Shown one piece after another: positions 49,101 to 57,345 of a stretch of DNA of 64,000 nucleotides. The stretch's first letter is position 1; every line of letters starts with the position of its first letter. Source of the DNA: Candidatus Latescibacterota bacterium (GTDB taxonomy: Bacteria; Latescibacterota; UBA2968; UBA8231). The stretch covers positions 6,656,001-6,720,000 of the forward strand of contig OZ242214.1 in assembly GCA_965206595.1 (NCBI GenBank). Direction: 5' to 3'. The notes beneath the pieces were generated by a model. That model saw only the letters and a list, made by a program, of their open reading frames with translations. It ran no database searches and was not told the origin of the DNA. A program made the translations under genes and the position numbers.

Positions 49101-51678
49101 TATTCTTCGTCTCATAGTTGTAGTCAATGCCTGTCCTGGTTTGAAGCTGACCAGTGCCCGAGACGATGCTGAAATTCTCCGCCTCCGTGCCCTGGAGGCT
49201 GTAGCTCAGTGTGCCGCCATCGCCGTCCGGGTCGGTCGCGCTCACCGGATTCCCGATGTTCTGTCCCGCCGCCGTGTTCTCGGCAAAGCTGCGCGTCGTG
49301 CTCGTACCATCGCTGAACGTCGGTGCTTGATTGGCCCTGGTCGTCCCATCAACCAATGGCGACCACGCACTCTCTCCTTCGTCATTCTCCGCCCGCACTT
49401 GCACCTGGTAGCTCCTGTCCGGAGTCAAGTGCGTAATGGTCGTGGTCCGTGCCGTGCCCTCGTGAGTCACATCCGTGAACGCGCCGCTGCTGCCCTGACG
49501 GTATTGCACATCGTAGTCGGTGATCTCAGGCCCGGTGTTCGCAGGGGCGGTCCAGATCACGGTCAGGCTGTTCAATGTCGAGACCGACACCGTGGGCTTG
49601 GCCGGAGCCGCTGGCGGTTCGTCCACATCGGTCAAGGTGATCGTCACGGCGATGGTCGCACTGCCGCCATGCTCATCCACGGCTTTCACCGTCACCAGAT
49701 ACGTGCTCTGCGTCTCATGGTCGTACGTCACTTCATCGTTAGTCTGAAGCTGACCGCTGGTCTCAGCGATGGTGAAACTCGCCGCATCCCCGCCTTCGAG
49801 GCTGTAGGCCAGTGTGCCGCCATCGCCGTCCGGGTCGGTCGCGCTCACCGGATTCCCGATGTTCTGTCCCGCCGCCGTGTTCTCGGCAAAGCTGCGCGTC
49901 GTGCTCGTACCATCGCTGAACGTCGGTGCTTGATTGGCTCTGGTCGTCCCATCAACCAATGGCGACCACACACTCTCTCCTTCGTCATTCTCCGCCCGCA
50001 CTTGCACCTGGTAGCTCCTGTCCGGAGTCAAGTGCGTAATGGTCGTGGTCCGTGCCGTGCCCTCGTGAGTCACATCCGTGAACGCGCCGCCGCTGCCCTG
50101 ACGGTATTGCACATCGTAGTCGGTGATCGCGGGCCCGGTGTTCGCAGGGGCGGTCCAGATCACGGTCAGGCTGGTGGACGATACATTCCTCACCGTCGGC
50201 GCATCGGGTCTGCCCGGCGGTTCTTTCACATTGTTCACTTCAATCGTCACACTGATGGTGGCATGTCCGCCATGCTCGTCCTCTACCCTCACCCTCACGG
50301 AATAACTTATCGTCGCTCCCTCATAGTCGTACGTCACACCAGCCTCAGTTTGAAGCTGACCGCTGGTCTCATCGATGGTGAAACTCGCCGCATCCCTGCC
50401 TTCGAGGCTGTAGGTCAGTGTGCCGGTGTCCGTGTCGTCGGTCGCGATCACCGGATTCCCGATGTTCTCTCCCGCCGCCGTGTGCTCGTCGAATCGGCGC
50501 GTGGCGCGCGTGCCCTCGGTGAACTCCGGCCACTGATTGTCACTGGTCCTCTCGCTGCCCGATGGCGACCAGTCACCTGTACTTTCGGCATTGGTCGCCC
50601 TCACTTGCACTTCGTAACGTGTGCCCGGGGTCAAGCCCGGAATGGTCGTGGTCAGGTCCGTGCCATCGTATCCTGCATCCGTGAAGGTGCCACTGCTGCC
50701 GATTCGATACTGCACATCGTAGTCCGTGATCGCCGGCCCGGTGTTATCCGGCTCTGTCCAGATCACCCTCAGACTGGTGGATGAGGCCACCTCCACTCTC
50801 GGTGTATTGGGTCTCTCCGGTACTGGTGCCACGACGACTGTGAAGGTCGCTTGCACGCTATTGCCCTGACTCTCATGTGCTGTCAGGGTGATGGTTGCAT
50901 TTCCTTCCTCCCCGGAGGTGATCGTCACCGTCGAACCCGAGATGCTCACCGCTGCCACATTCGGGTTCGACGAAGAAACCTCATACCTCAGACTGGCTGA
51001 AGAACTGATGATGTTCGACACATCCACAGACTTCTGGCTGCCATCCGGAGACAGCGTCTGCGTGTCAATGGAACCGACGACCTCTATCGGCCTGCCAAGG
51101 CTGCTGAGCAGCCCAACCCCAACTGTATGATTAACGGGCGGCAGGGCAAAGCCGGAGGAGACTGTCCAGACATAGGTGGAACCATAATCGGTTTCTCTTT
51201 CTTCGGCCTCGCCCAGATTAAACTTCGTTGTGCCTACGACCAAAGTCAGAGGTGTGCGATCAGAAATAGTTTTTTCGGCGACATCAAGAATCATTTTGGA
51301 TTGATAAGTCCTCAGTGCCGTTAGTTCATAACTTGTGCTTGCAAACACAAAATCCGTATCAGAGAGTTTACCAGCCAAATCGGAATACCCCGAACTGCCA
51401 AATGTCTCCCCCACCGTCAGTATGGCAGACCAGATCAGGCTGGTCCCCAACTCAATCGTAGCCCCCATGCCCGATGCGGACCAAGTGCTCTTCCCTCTGG
51501 TATTGATCGCCCGCACTTGCACCTCGTAGCTCGTGCCCGGGGTCAAGCCCGTGATCGTCGTGCTCAGGTCCGTGCCATCGTGAGTCACAGGGATAAACGC
51601 GCCGCTGCTGCCCTCACGGTATTGCACATCGTAGTCAGTGATGGCGGGTCTGGCGTTCGCAGGGGCGGTCCATGTCAC
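46180..51678 (-). CDS. C-terminal part of giant surface protein: about 8 FN3, 5 cadherin-like and 2 SwmB-like repeats
   Basis: W(T)xPxNTGPxITDYDVQYR and YxVQVRAxNxEG (FN3). NQxPxF..., YDHE, xTAxDxxGG (cadherin). LTLxFSEAL (SwmB-like). No signal peptide, and the frame is open upstream to the poly-C tract. Confidence 0.85.
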   Translation of the reverse strand: MTWTAPANARPAITDYDVQYREGSSGAFIPVTHDGTDLSTTITGLTPGTSYEVQVRAINTRGKSTWSASGMGATIELGTSLIWSAILTVGETFGSSGYSDLAGKLSDTDFVFASTSYELTALRTYQSKMILDVAEKTISDRTPLTLVVGTTKFNLGEAEERETDYGSTYVWTVSSGFALPPVNHTVGVGLLSSLGRPIEVVGSIDTQTLSPDGSQKSVDVSNIISSSASLRYEVSSSNPNVAAVSISGSTVTITSGEEGNATITLTAHESQGNSVQATFTVVVAPVPERPNTPRVEVASSTSLRVIWTEPDNTGPAITDYDVQYRIGSSGTFTDAGYDGTDLTTTIPGLTPGTRYEVQVRATNAESTGDWSPSGSERTSDNQWPEFTEGTRATRRFDEHTAAGENIGNPVIATDDTDTGTLTYSLEGRDAASFTIDETSGQLQTEAGVTYDYEGATISYSVRVRVEDEHGGHATISVTIEVNNVKEPPGRPDAPTVRNVSSTSLTVIWTAPANTGPAITDYDVQYRQGSGGAFTDVTHEGTARTTTITHLTPDRSYQVQVRAENDEGESVWSPLVDGTTRANQAPTFSDGTSTTRSFAENTAAGQNIGNPVSATDPDGDGGTLAYSLEGGDAASFTIAETSGQLQTNDEVTYDHETQSTYLVTVKAVDEHGGSATIAVTITLTDVDEPPAAPAKPTVSVSTLNSLTVIWTAPANTGPEITDYDVQYRQGSSGAFTDVTHEGTARTTTITHLTPDRSYQVQVRAENDEGESAWSPLVDGTTRANQAPTFSDGTSTTRSFAENTAAGQNIGNPVSATDPDGDGGTLSYSLQGTEAENFSIVSGTGQLQTRTGIDYNYETKNSYSVMVRAEDQYGGSATINVTIALTDVTGEAPDKPTAPTVTATSSTSLTVIWTAPANTGPAITDYDVQYRQGSSGAFTGVTHEGTALTTAITDLTPGTTYEVQVQAINAEGRSPWSDSGSRTTRANQLPTFSEASPARSFAENAVAGENIGDAVSATDEETSALTYSLGGNDAGSFTIVETSGQLQTKTGVTYDHETKSSYVVTVTAEDEHSGSATIVVRITLNDEIEPPAAPATPTVTAVTLNSLTVIWTEPDNTGPAITDYDVQYRESGGSFISVTHEGTALTTTIMSLTPATTYQMQVRATNDEGPGDWSPLVNETTSVNQVPTFSDGTSATRHLEENTTGTRNIGDAVSATDEETSALTYSLGGTNAGSFTIVETSGQLRTNDEETYDHETKDSYSVTVTAENEHGGSATIAVTINVKDVAEPPDRADAPKVMAASSTSLTVTWTEPDNTGPVITDYDVQYRIGSSGDFTDAEYTGTDLTTTLTGLTPDRNCEVQVRAENDEGESTWSASGSGATLEEGTSLAWSATLTVGASFGAVGYSDGWIGELSDTDFEFAGRNYVASDLRTYQSKMILGFDTFAIPDRTNLILVVGTTEFDLGDADVKFTDFGSSYQWEIPSGFALPAADNTVAVALLHTSTPDVPGVPGLSARNLKTGSEVELSWTAPADGGSSITGYEFRKKESDFGSDDTFPDTWTPIAMSAPGEVHAMKYTVTGLTNRTYYLFELRAVNANGAGSVSLPYQVRSIDTIPPTLSEIRAEADGSVTLTLVFSEALNEDMDIVPENSFKVREGSVAGVRRVRSVTVSGKEVILTLDLAVTAAGVAVAYNRPIGGLVKGLRDLLGNRAPDLERFRIWPVFLPESAEVDGATLTLNSEVKLDERYVASPSAFTVMVEGAARTVSSVAVSGVEVTLTLESAVAATDAVTVAYVHLRNGKDLRDEYGYYNRNRPNNEPSWGFWVQPLTTTTVTNNTP

Positions 51679-51704
51679 CTTCAGGCTGGTAGATGATGCC
51701 GGAG

Positions 51705-54700
51705 CTACTGCCGGCGCATTGGGTCTGGTCGGTGGTGGTGGGGGGGGGGCGGGGGGGTTACCGACCCACCATCACCATCACCACTGCTCGAGCCGGGCGG
51801 GGTCCGGGGCGGCCTGGGGGGCGGCTTGGGCTCGACGGTGAGGTTGAAGCTCAGCGACGCCTCCAATCCCTTCGGGTCGCGGGCGGTCACCGAGATCCGG
51901 GTCTGCCCGGTTTTCCTGGGGGTGATCAGCAGGCCGGTCCCCTCGACGGCCGCGGTGGCCACCGCTTCGTTGCTCGAGGTGGCGGTGTAGGTCAGGACGT
52001 CTTCTTCGTCCGGGTCGGTGAAGGCGCTCGACAGCTCGACCCGTGCCGGGCTGCCGATGCGGATCTTGCGGTTGGCCAGTGCTTTGGCCTCCGGGGGGCG
52101 GTTGGACGGGTACACGGTCACGGCCACCGGCAGGGTGGCAGCCCGGCCCCCTTCGTCGCGGGCGGTCACCGAGACCGTCACCTCGCCCGGGGCGACCGGG
52201 GCGATGGTCACCGTCGAGTCGGCCAGACTCGCGGCGGCGACCGCCTCGTCGCTGGAAGTCGCGGTGAGGGTCAGGGGGCCCCCTTCCGGGTCGCCGAAGC
52301 GGCCGGTCAGGTTCAGGGTCGCCGAGGCCCCCTCTACTTTCAGGATCTGCGCCGGCAGCCCGGCCCCCAGGGTCAGGCCGTAGGGCTCCTTCAGGCCGGT
52401 GGTGACCAGGTCTTCCACGTCGCTGCCGTCGAGATTCGCCCGCTGGATCTTGTCGGTGCCGTAGTCGGTCCAGTACATCCTGCCCTCTACAAGGTCGAGG
52501 GCGATCGCCTGGGAGGTCTGCAGGCCCTCGGTGACCAGGTCTTCCACACCGGAGCCGTCGAGATAAGCCCGCTGGATCTTGTCCGTGCCCCAGTCGGGCC
52601 AGTACATGCGGCCCTCTCCCAGGTCGAGGGCGATCCCTCGGGGCTGGTTGAGGCCGGTGACCAGGTCCTCGACCTGGGAGCCGTCGAGATTGGCCCGCTG
52701 AATCCGGTCGCTGCCCCAGTCGGTCCAGTAGATCTTGCCGCCGTCCCGATCGAGGGCGAGACCGTAGGGCTCGTTGAGGCCGGTAGTGACGAGGTCTTCG
52801 ATTTCGGAGCCGTCGAGGTGGGACCGCTGAATCTTGTCGGTGCCCCAGTCGGTCCAGTAGATCTTCCCTCCGGCCAGGTCGAGGGCGAGGCCGAACGGCT
52901 CCTGCAAGCCCTCGGTTACCAGGTCTTCGACCTTTGAGCCGTCGAGGTGGGACCGCTGGATCTTGTCGGCGCCGCTGTCGGTCCAGTACATGCGGCCCCC
53001 GTCCCGGTCGAGAGCGAGGTCCCGGGGCTGCATGAGTCCGGTGACCAGGGTGTGGATGCCGCTGCCGTCGAGCTCGGCGCGCTGGATGCGGTCGCTGCGG
53101 GCGTCGGTCCAGTAGAGCCAGGGCACGGCTACCGGGGGCTCGTTGGAAGCCTGCACGGTGACGGTGAAGGTTCGGGTTGCCTGCAGTCCCCCCGGGTCGC
53201 GGGCGGTCACGGTGATGGCGGTCTGGCCTACGGCCAGCAGACGCAGGGTCACCAGGGAATCGGCTACTTCTACTGACGCCACCGCTTCGTCGCCGGAGGA
53301 GGCCGTGTAGGTCAGGGCGTCGCCGTCCGGGTCGCTGCCGAAAAGCTCGAGGGTCAGCGAGTCGCCGGTTGCCGCGGTGCGGTCGGCCAGCGGCTCCAGG
53401 GAGGGGGCCTGGTTGTCGGCGGCCGCGGTCCGAACCAGGGCCAGGCCCCGCGGGCTCAGCAAGCCCTCGGTCACCAGGTCTTCCACCTCGCTGCCGTCGA
53501 GGTTGGACCGCTGGATGCGGTCGGTGCTGCTGTCGGCCCAGTAGAGCTTGCCCGCAGAAACGTCGAGGGCCAGGCCCCGGGGCGTGCCCAGACCGGTGGT
53601 GACGAGGTCCTCGACTTCCGTGCCGTCGAGGTTGGACCGCTGGATGCGGTCGCTGCCGCTGTCGGCCCAGTAGAGCTTGCCCGCGGCCGTATCCAGGGCC
53701 AGCCCCCGGGGGATCCGCAGGCCGGTAGCGACCAGATCCTCGATCCCGCTGCCGTCGAGGTTGGCCCGCTGGATCTTGTCGGCGCCGCTGTCGGTCCAGT
53801 AGAGCTTGCCGCCGGCCGCGTCCAGGGCCAGCCCCAACGGGGTCCGCAGGCCGGTGACGAGGTCTTCCACTTGAGAGCCGTCGAGGTTGGACCGCTGAAT
53901 CCGGTCGGTGCCGTTGTCCGTCCAGTAGAGCTTGCCCGCGGCCGCGTCCAGGGCCAGCCCCAGGGGAATCTGCAGGTCGGTGGTGACCAGGTCCTCCACC
54001 TCGGAGCCGTCGAGGTTGGACCGCTGGATGCGGTCGCTGCCGTAGTCGGTCCAGTAGAGCTTGCCGGCGGCCTCGTCCACGGCCAGCCCGCGCGGATTGA
54101 CCAGGCCGCTGTCGATCACGTCCTCCACCCCCGTGCCGTCGAGGTGGGACCGCCGGATCCGGTCCGCCTCCGCGTCCGTCCAGTAGAGCCGGACGACGGT
54201 CCCGGGGCCCCCGGCTCCGACGAGGACGGCGAAGCGCTGCACGGCCTCCAGGCCCTCCGGGTCGCGGGCGGTCGCGGTGATCGTGGCCCGGCCCATCGAC
54301 AGCGCGTAGACCGTCAGCAGGGAGTCGGTCACCTCGACCCGGGCTACCGCCTCGTCGCTCGATGAAGCCGTGTAGGTCAGGGCGTCGCCGTCCGGGTCGC
54401 TGGCGGCCGCCGCCAGGGTCAGGGTGTCGCCGGCCGCCGCGGCCCGGTCGGCCAGTGGCGCCAAGGTGGGGGGCCGGTTGCCGACCGTCTCTGCAGTCCG
54501 GGCCAGGGCCAGCCCCCGCGGACTCAGCAGGCCCTCGGTCACCAGGTCTTCGATTTCAGAGCCGTCGAGATTCGCCCGCTGGATCTTGCCGGTGCCGCTG
54601 TCCGTCCAATAGAGCTTGCCCCCCTCCGCGTCGAGGGCCAGGCCCCGGGGGGTGTGCAAGCCGGTGCTTACCAGCTCTTCCACCTCGGAGCCGTCGAGGT

Positions 54701-56312
54701 TGGCCCGCTGAATCTGGTCGCTGCCGTTGTCCGTCCAGTAGAGCTTGCCCCCGGCTGCGTCCACGGCCAGCCCCCGGGGAAGGTCCAGGCCGGTGGCGAC
54801 CAGGTCCTCGATTTCGGAGCCGTCGAGGTTGGACCGCTGGATCTTGTCGGCGCCGCTGTCGGTCCAGTAGAGCTGGCCGCCGGCTGCATCCAGGGCCAGG
54901 CTCAGCGGCGTCTGCAGGCCGGTGACCACATCCTCGACTTGAGAGCCGTCGAGGTTGGACCGCTGGATCTTGTCGCTGCCGTAGTCGGTCCAGTAGAGTT
55001 TGCCCGTTCCCGCGTCGAGGGCCAGGCCCAGGGGGATGCGCAGACCGGTGGTGACGAGGTCCTCGACTTGAGAGCCGTCGAGGTTGGACCGCTGAATCCG
55101 GTCGCTGCCGTAGTCGGTCCAGTAGAGCTGGCCGGCGGCTGAGTCCACGGCCAGGCCGCGCGGGTTGACCAGGCCGCTGTCGATTACGTCCTCGACCCCG
55201 GAGCCGTCCAGGCGGGAGCGCTGAATGCGGTCGCCGTCCGCGTCCGTCCAGTAGAGCCAGGTCGTATCCCCGCCGGCCGCCAAGGACCCGATCCCTTCCG
55301 GCAGCGACGGGTCGGACGGGTCGGCGTGGTAGGCCTCGATGAGCCGGGCGTCGTCCAGGTCGACCTGCCCGTCCCGGTTGACGTCGCCGAGAGAAATGTC
55401 GCCGGTGGGCAGGGACAGGGTCGGGTCCTCGCTGTAGGAGGCGATCAGCAGGGCGTCGGCGAGATCGACCCGGCCGTTGCCGTCGACGTCCCCCAGCAGG
55501 CCGCCTGCAACCGCCGCCTTGCCCCGAGGCAGGTCCGCCAGCGTTTGAACCTGGATCTCGACCCGCCCGGCCCCCACCCGGAAGGCCGGGTCGACCCAGG
55601 GAACCAGCCCCGATCCCGAGACCGTCAGCCCGTAGAGCTGACCCTCGCCGTGGACCGAAGCCCTCGCCCCATCCGAAACCGCTCCACCCGCCGGGACCAC
55701 CGGGCCGTCCAGCAGCACCATCGACCGCGTCAGGCGCTCCCCGCCGCCCAGCAGACGGTACAGGTACACCCCCGAAGCCACGCCTCGCCCGGAGGCGTCG
55801 GTCGCGTTCCAGGTTGCGGTGTGAAAGCCGGCCGGCCGCGCCCCGTCGACCAGGGTCGTCACCCGCTGCCCCAGGATGTTGAACACCTCCAGGCGCACCC
55901 GCGCCGGGGCCGGCAGCTGATACGGAATGATCGTCGAGGGATTGAACGGGTTGGGGTAGTTCTGACCCAGCTGCAGGCGCGCCGGCAGGGGCGCCGCCCG
56001 GTGCAGCGCCTTCAGGGGCAGGGCGAAATAGCCGCTCTCATCCGCGGTGGCGCCCAGCGAGCGCCCCAGCTCGGCGAACAGCCGCACCCGCGCCCCGGCT
56101 GCCGGGGCGCCCGAAGACAGAAGCACCCGACCCTCCAGCAGCGGCTCGGCGCCGGCGGCGGCCCCGGCGCCTGATCCCGGTCCCGCGAGGCAGCCGAGCA
56201 CCGCCAGCAGCCATCCAAAACCGCCGGCACCCGGGAAAGAGGCCGAGGAGCGCCGGGCGGCCAGGGTGCGGGGCGTATCGATGGGGTTCTCCAGTCGTAA
56301 GGTCGGCCGCAT
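51705..56312 (-). CDS. N-terminal part of giant surface protein: T9SS-type-A/FlgD domain, dockerin/EF-hand, three 6-bladed YWTD propellers, Ig-like domains
   Basis: Signal peptide, QNYPNPFNPST...GVYLY, GDVDGNGRVD/GDVNRDG, 18 YW(T/A/P)D repeats in three blocks of six, A(S)DPDGDALTY Ig-like repeats. Confidence 0.88.
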   Translation of the reverse strand: MRPTLRLENPIDTPRTLAARRSSASFPGAGGFGWLLAVLGCLAGPGSGAGAAAGAEPLLEGRVLLSSGAPAAGARVRLFAELGRSLGATADESGYFALPLKALHRAAPLPARLQLGQNYPNPFNPSTIIPYQLPAPARVRLEVFNILGQRVTTLVDGARPAGFHTATWNATDASGRGVASGVYLYRLLGGGERLTRSMVLLDGPVVPAGGAVSDGARASVHGEGQLYGLTVSGSGLVPWVDPAFRVGAGRVEIQVQTLADLPRGKAAVAGGLLGDVDGNGRVDLADALLIASYSEDPTLSLPTGDISLGDVNRDGQVDLDDARLIEAYHADPSDPSLPEGIGSLAAGGDTTWLYWTDADGDRIQRSRLDGSGVEDVIDSGLVNPRGLAVDSAAGQLYWTDYGSDRIQRSNLDGSQVEDLVTTGLRIPLGLALDAGTGKLYWTDYGSDKIQRSNLDGSQVEDVVTGLQTPLSLALDAAGGQLYWTDSGADKIQRSNLDGSEIEDLVATGLDLPRGLAVDAAGGKLYWTDNGSDQIQRANLDGSEVEELVSTGLHTPRGLALDAEGGKLYWTDSGTGKIQRANLDGSEIEDLVTEGLLSPRGLALARTAETVGNRPPTLAPLADRAAAAGDTLTLAAAASDPDGDALTYTASSSDEAVARVEVTDSLLTVYALSMGRATITATARDPEGLEAVQRFAVLVGAGGPGTVVRLYWTDAEADRIRRSHLDGTGVEDVIDSGLVNPRGLAVDEAAGKLYWTDYGSDRIQRSNLDGSEVEDLVTTDLQIPLGLALDAAAGKLYWTDNGTDRIQRSNLDGSQVEDLVTGLRTPLGLALDAAGGKLYWTDSGADKIQRANLDGSGIEDLVATGLRIPRGLALDTAAGKLYWADSGSDRIQRSNLDGTEVEDLVTTGLGTPRGLALDVSAGKLYWADSSTDRIQRSNLDGSEVEDLVTEGLLSPRGLALVRTAAADNQAPSLEPLADRTAATGDSLTLELFGSDPDGDALTYTASSGDEAVASVEVADSLVTLRLLAVGQTAITVTARDPGGLQATRTFTVTVQASNEPPVAVPWLYWTDARSDRIQRAELDGSGIHTLVTGLMQPRDLALDRDGGRMYWTDSGADKIQRSHLDGSKVEDLVTEGLQEPFGLALDLAGGKIYWTDWGTDKIQRSHLDGSEIEDLVTTGLNEPYGLALDRDGGKIYWTDWGSDRIQRANLDGSQVEDLVTGLNQPRGIALDLGEGRMYWPDWGTDKIQRAYLDGSGVEDLVTEGLQTSQAIALDLVEGRMYWTDYGTDKIQRANLDGSDVEDLVTTGLKEPYGLTLGAGLPAQILKVEGASATLNLTGRFGDPEGGPLTLTATSSDEAVAAASLADSTVTIAPVAPGEVTVSVTARDEGGRAATLPVAVTVYPSNRPPEAKALANRKIRIGSPARVELSSAFTDPDEEDVLTYTATSSNEAVATAAVEGTGLLITPRKTGQTRISVTARDPKGLEASLSFNLTVEPKPPPRPPRTPPGSSSGDGDGGSVTPPPPPHHHRPDPMRRQ
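51740..51757. repeat. G10-C-G7 homopolymer tract at the frameshift between the two giant ORFs
   Basis: Coding strand C7-G-C10. C11 or C8 in the second run would join ...SVTPPPPPPPP to TRPNAPAVAPASSTSLKVTW. Confidence 0.85.
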
Positions 56313-56381
56313 ACAGGACCGGGGTTGCCGAAGCCGCGGCAGGAACGCAGGGGCCCTGCGCGTTTGGATCCTGTATGGGCG

Positions 56382-56630
56382 TGCAAAGACTGTTCCATCT
56401 TCGAAGAAATGGAGCTAACTACTTGCAGATAAAGGGGTTAATCCATATGGGGAGAAGCCGAGGAAAAAGGGGGAAGTGTCGCATTTTGAAATATTCCTGC
56501 GCTGCCCCGGGGGTTGCCTGAAGGGGGTTCACCTTGTTCAATCAACTGTTTATAAACGGGTTATAAAAAACCAGGGGAGGCAGGGAGGCCCATATGTAGC
56601 AATATGCGACACCTGTCTCAATTTGCGACA
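56382..56630 (-). promoter_or_regulatory. sigma54 promoter with IHF site and palindromic upstream activator sites
   Basis: TGGAACAGTCTTTGCA (minus, 56382-56397). AATCAACTGTTTA (56540-56552) matches WATCAANNNNTTR. TGTAGCAATATGCGACA (56595-56611) and TGTCTCAATTTGCGACA (56614-56630). Confidence 0.6.
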
Positions 56631-56711
56631 GAAAAGGGAAGACTGGAAAGGGGCCGTGCGGTCGGATCTCAGCGGGGATCCGCAGCCCGCGGACAGGCAG
56701 AATGCCCGGCT

Positions 56712-56878
56712 AGGTCTTCGACCTGGCTGCCGTCGGGGTTGGCCCGCTGGATCTTGTCGGTGCCGTAGTCGGTCCAGTACATCCTGCCCTCGCCCAGATC
56801 GAGGGCGATCGCCTGGGAGGTCTGCAGGCCCTCGGTGACCAGATCCTCGATTTCGGAGCCGTCGAGGCGGGCGCGCTG
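56712..56878 (-). pseudogene. Detached single YWTD repeat fragment
   Basis: Encodes QRARLDGSEIEDLVTEGLQTSQAIALDLGEGRMYWTDYGTDKIQRANPDGSQVEDL. Long identical stretches with 52441-52550. Confidence 0.8.
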
Positions 56879-57186
56879 CGCGTGCGCGGACGCTGGCGCG
56901 TGGAGCTGGCCGTCTACCTCAAAGCGCTGGCCTGCAATATCAAGAGAATGGTGCGGGCGCTTACGCCCAAACCCGAAGCCATAGCTCCGGCGATGGGCTG
57001 AAAAAGGGAACGGAGGTCCCTTTCGGTGCCGGAAAAAGGCCTGATAAGCCCGATTCGAGGCCATCGGACGATAGAGCGCTGAAGCCGCTAAACTGCGGCG
57101 CATTCTCGATTCTTTTCATGTGGGTGAAACTAAAGTTTCAAGAAAAAATCTCTGTCTTGAAAACGGGGTTGTTACGAGGGAGTCAA
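56869..57186 (+). mobile_element. 3' remnant of the same IS in inverted orientation
   Basis: Encodes LRVRGRWRVELAVYLKALACN...APAMG*, then a trailer and IR GGGGTTGTTACGAGGGAGTCAA. Closely matches the reverse complement of 43927-44250. Confidence 0.9.
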
Positions 57187-57188
57187 TC

Positions 57189-57343
57189 TTGATTCTCTCG
57201 TAAAAACCCTACGTCGCTCAGAATGCCCGGTTTATCACACAACATATAGTGTATGCCTTGTCTTTGTTGGCCAATATATAGTGGCGATCTAATGTGCTGA
57301 ATCGCTGAACATCCTCAAAATGGGGTTTATACGAAGAAGTCAA
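57189..57343. mobile_element. MITE copy 1 (155 bp) with IS-type IRs and two NrdR-box-like sites
   Basis: Begins TTGATTCTCTCGTAAAAACCC (same as the IS left IR) and ends GGGGTTTATACGAAGAAGTCAA. AT-rich and non-coding. Confidence 0.8.
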
Positions 57344-57345
57344 TG

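Noticed and set aside
51725-51785. His-rich run (HHHHHH in one plus frame) resembling an engineered tag
   Set aside because: It is the antisense or out-of-frame reading of a Gly-Asp/Pro linker.
56698-56709. 12-bp match CAGAATGCCCGG shared with MITE 1 (57219-57230)
   Set aside because: Short, not conserved in MITE 2, and plausibly chance.
56712-56878. Possible diversity-generating retroelement template repeat
   Set aside because: No reverse transcriptase in the window, and mismatches to the gene copy are not adenine-specific.
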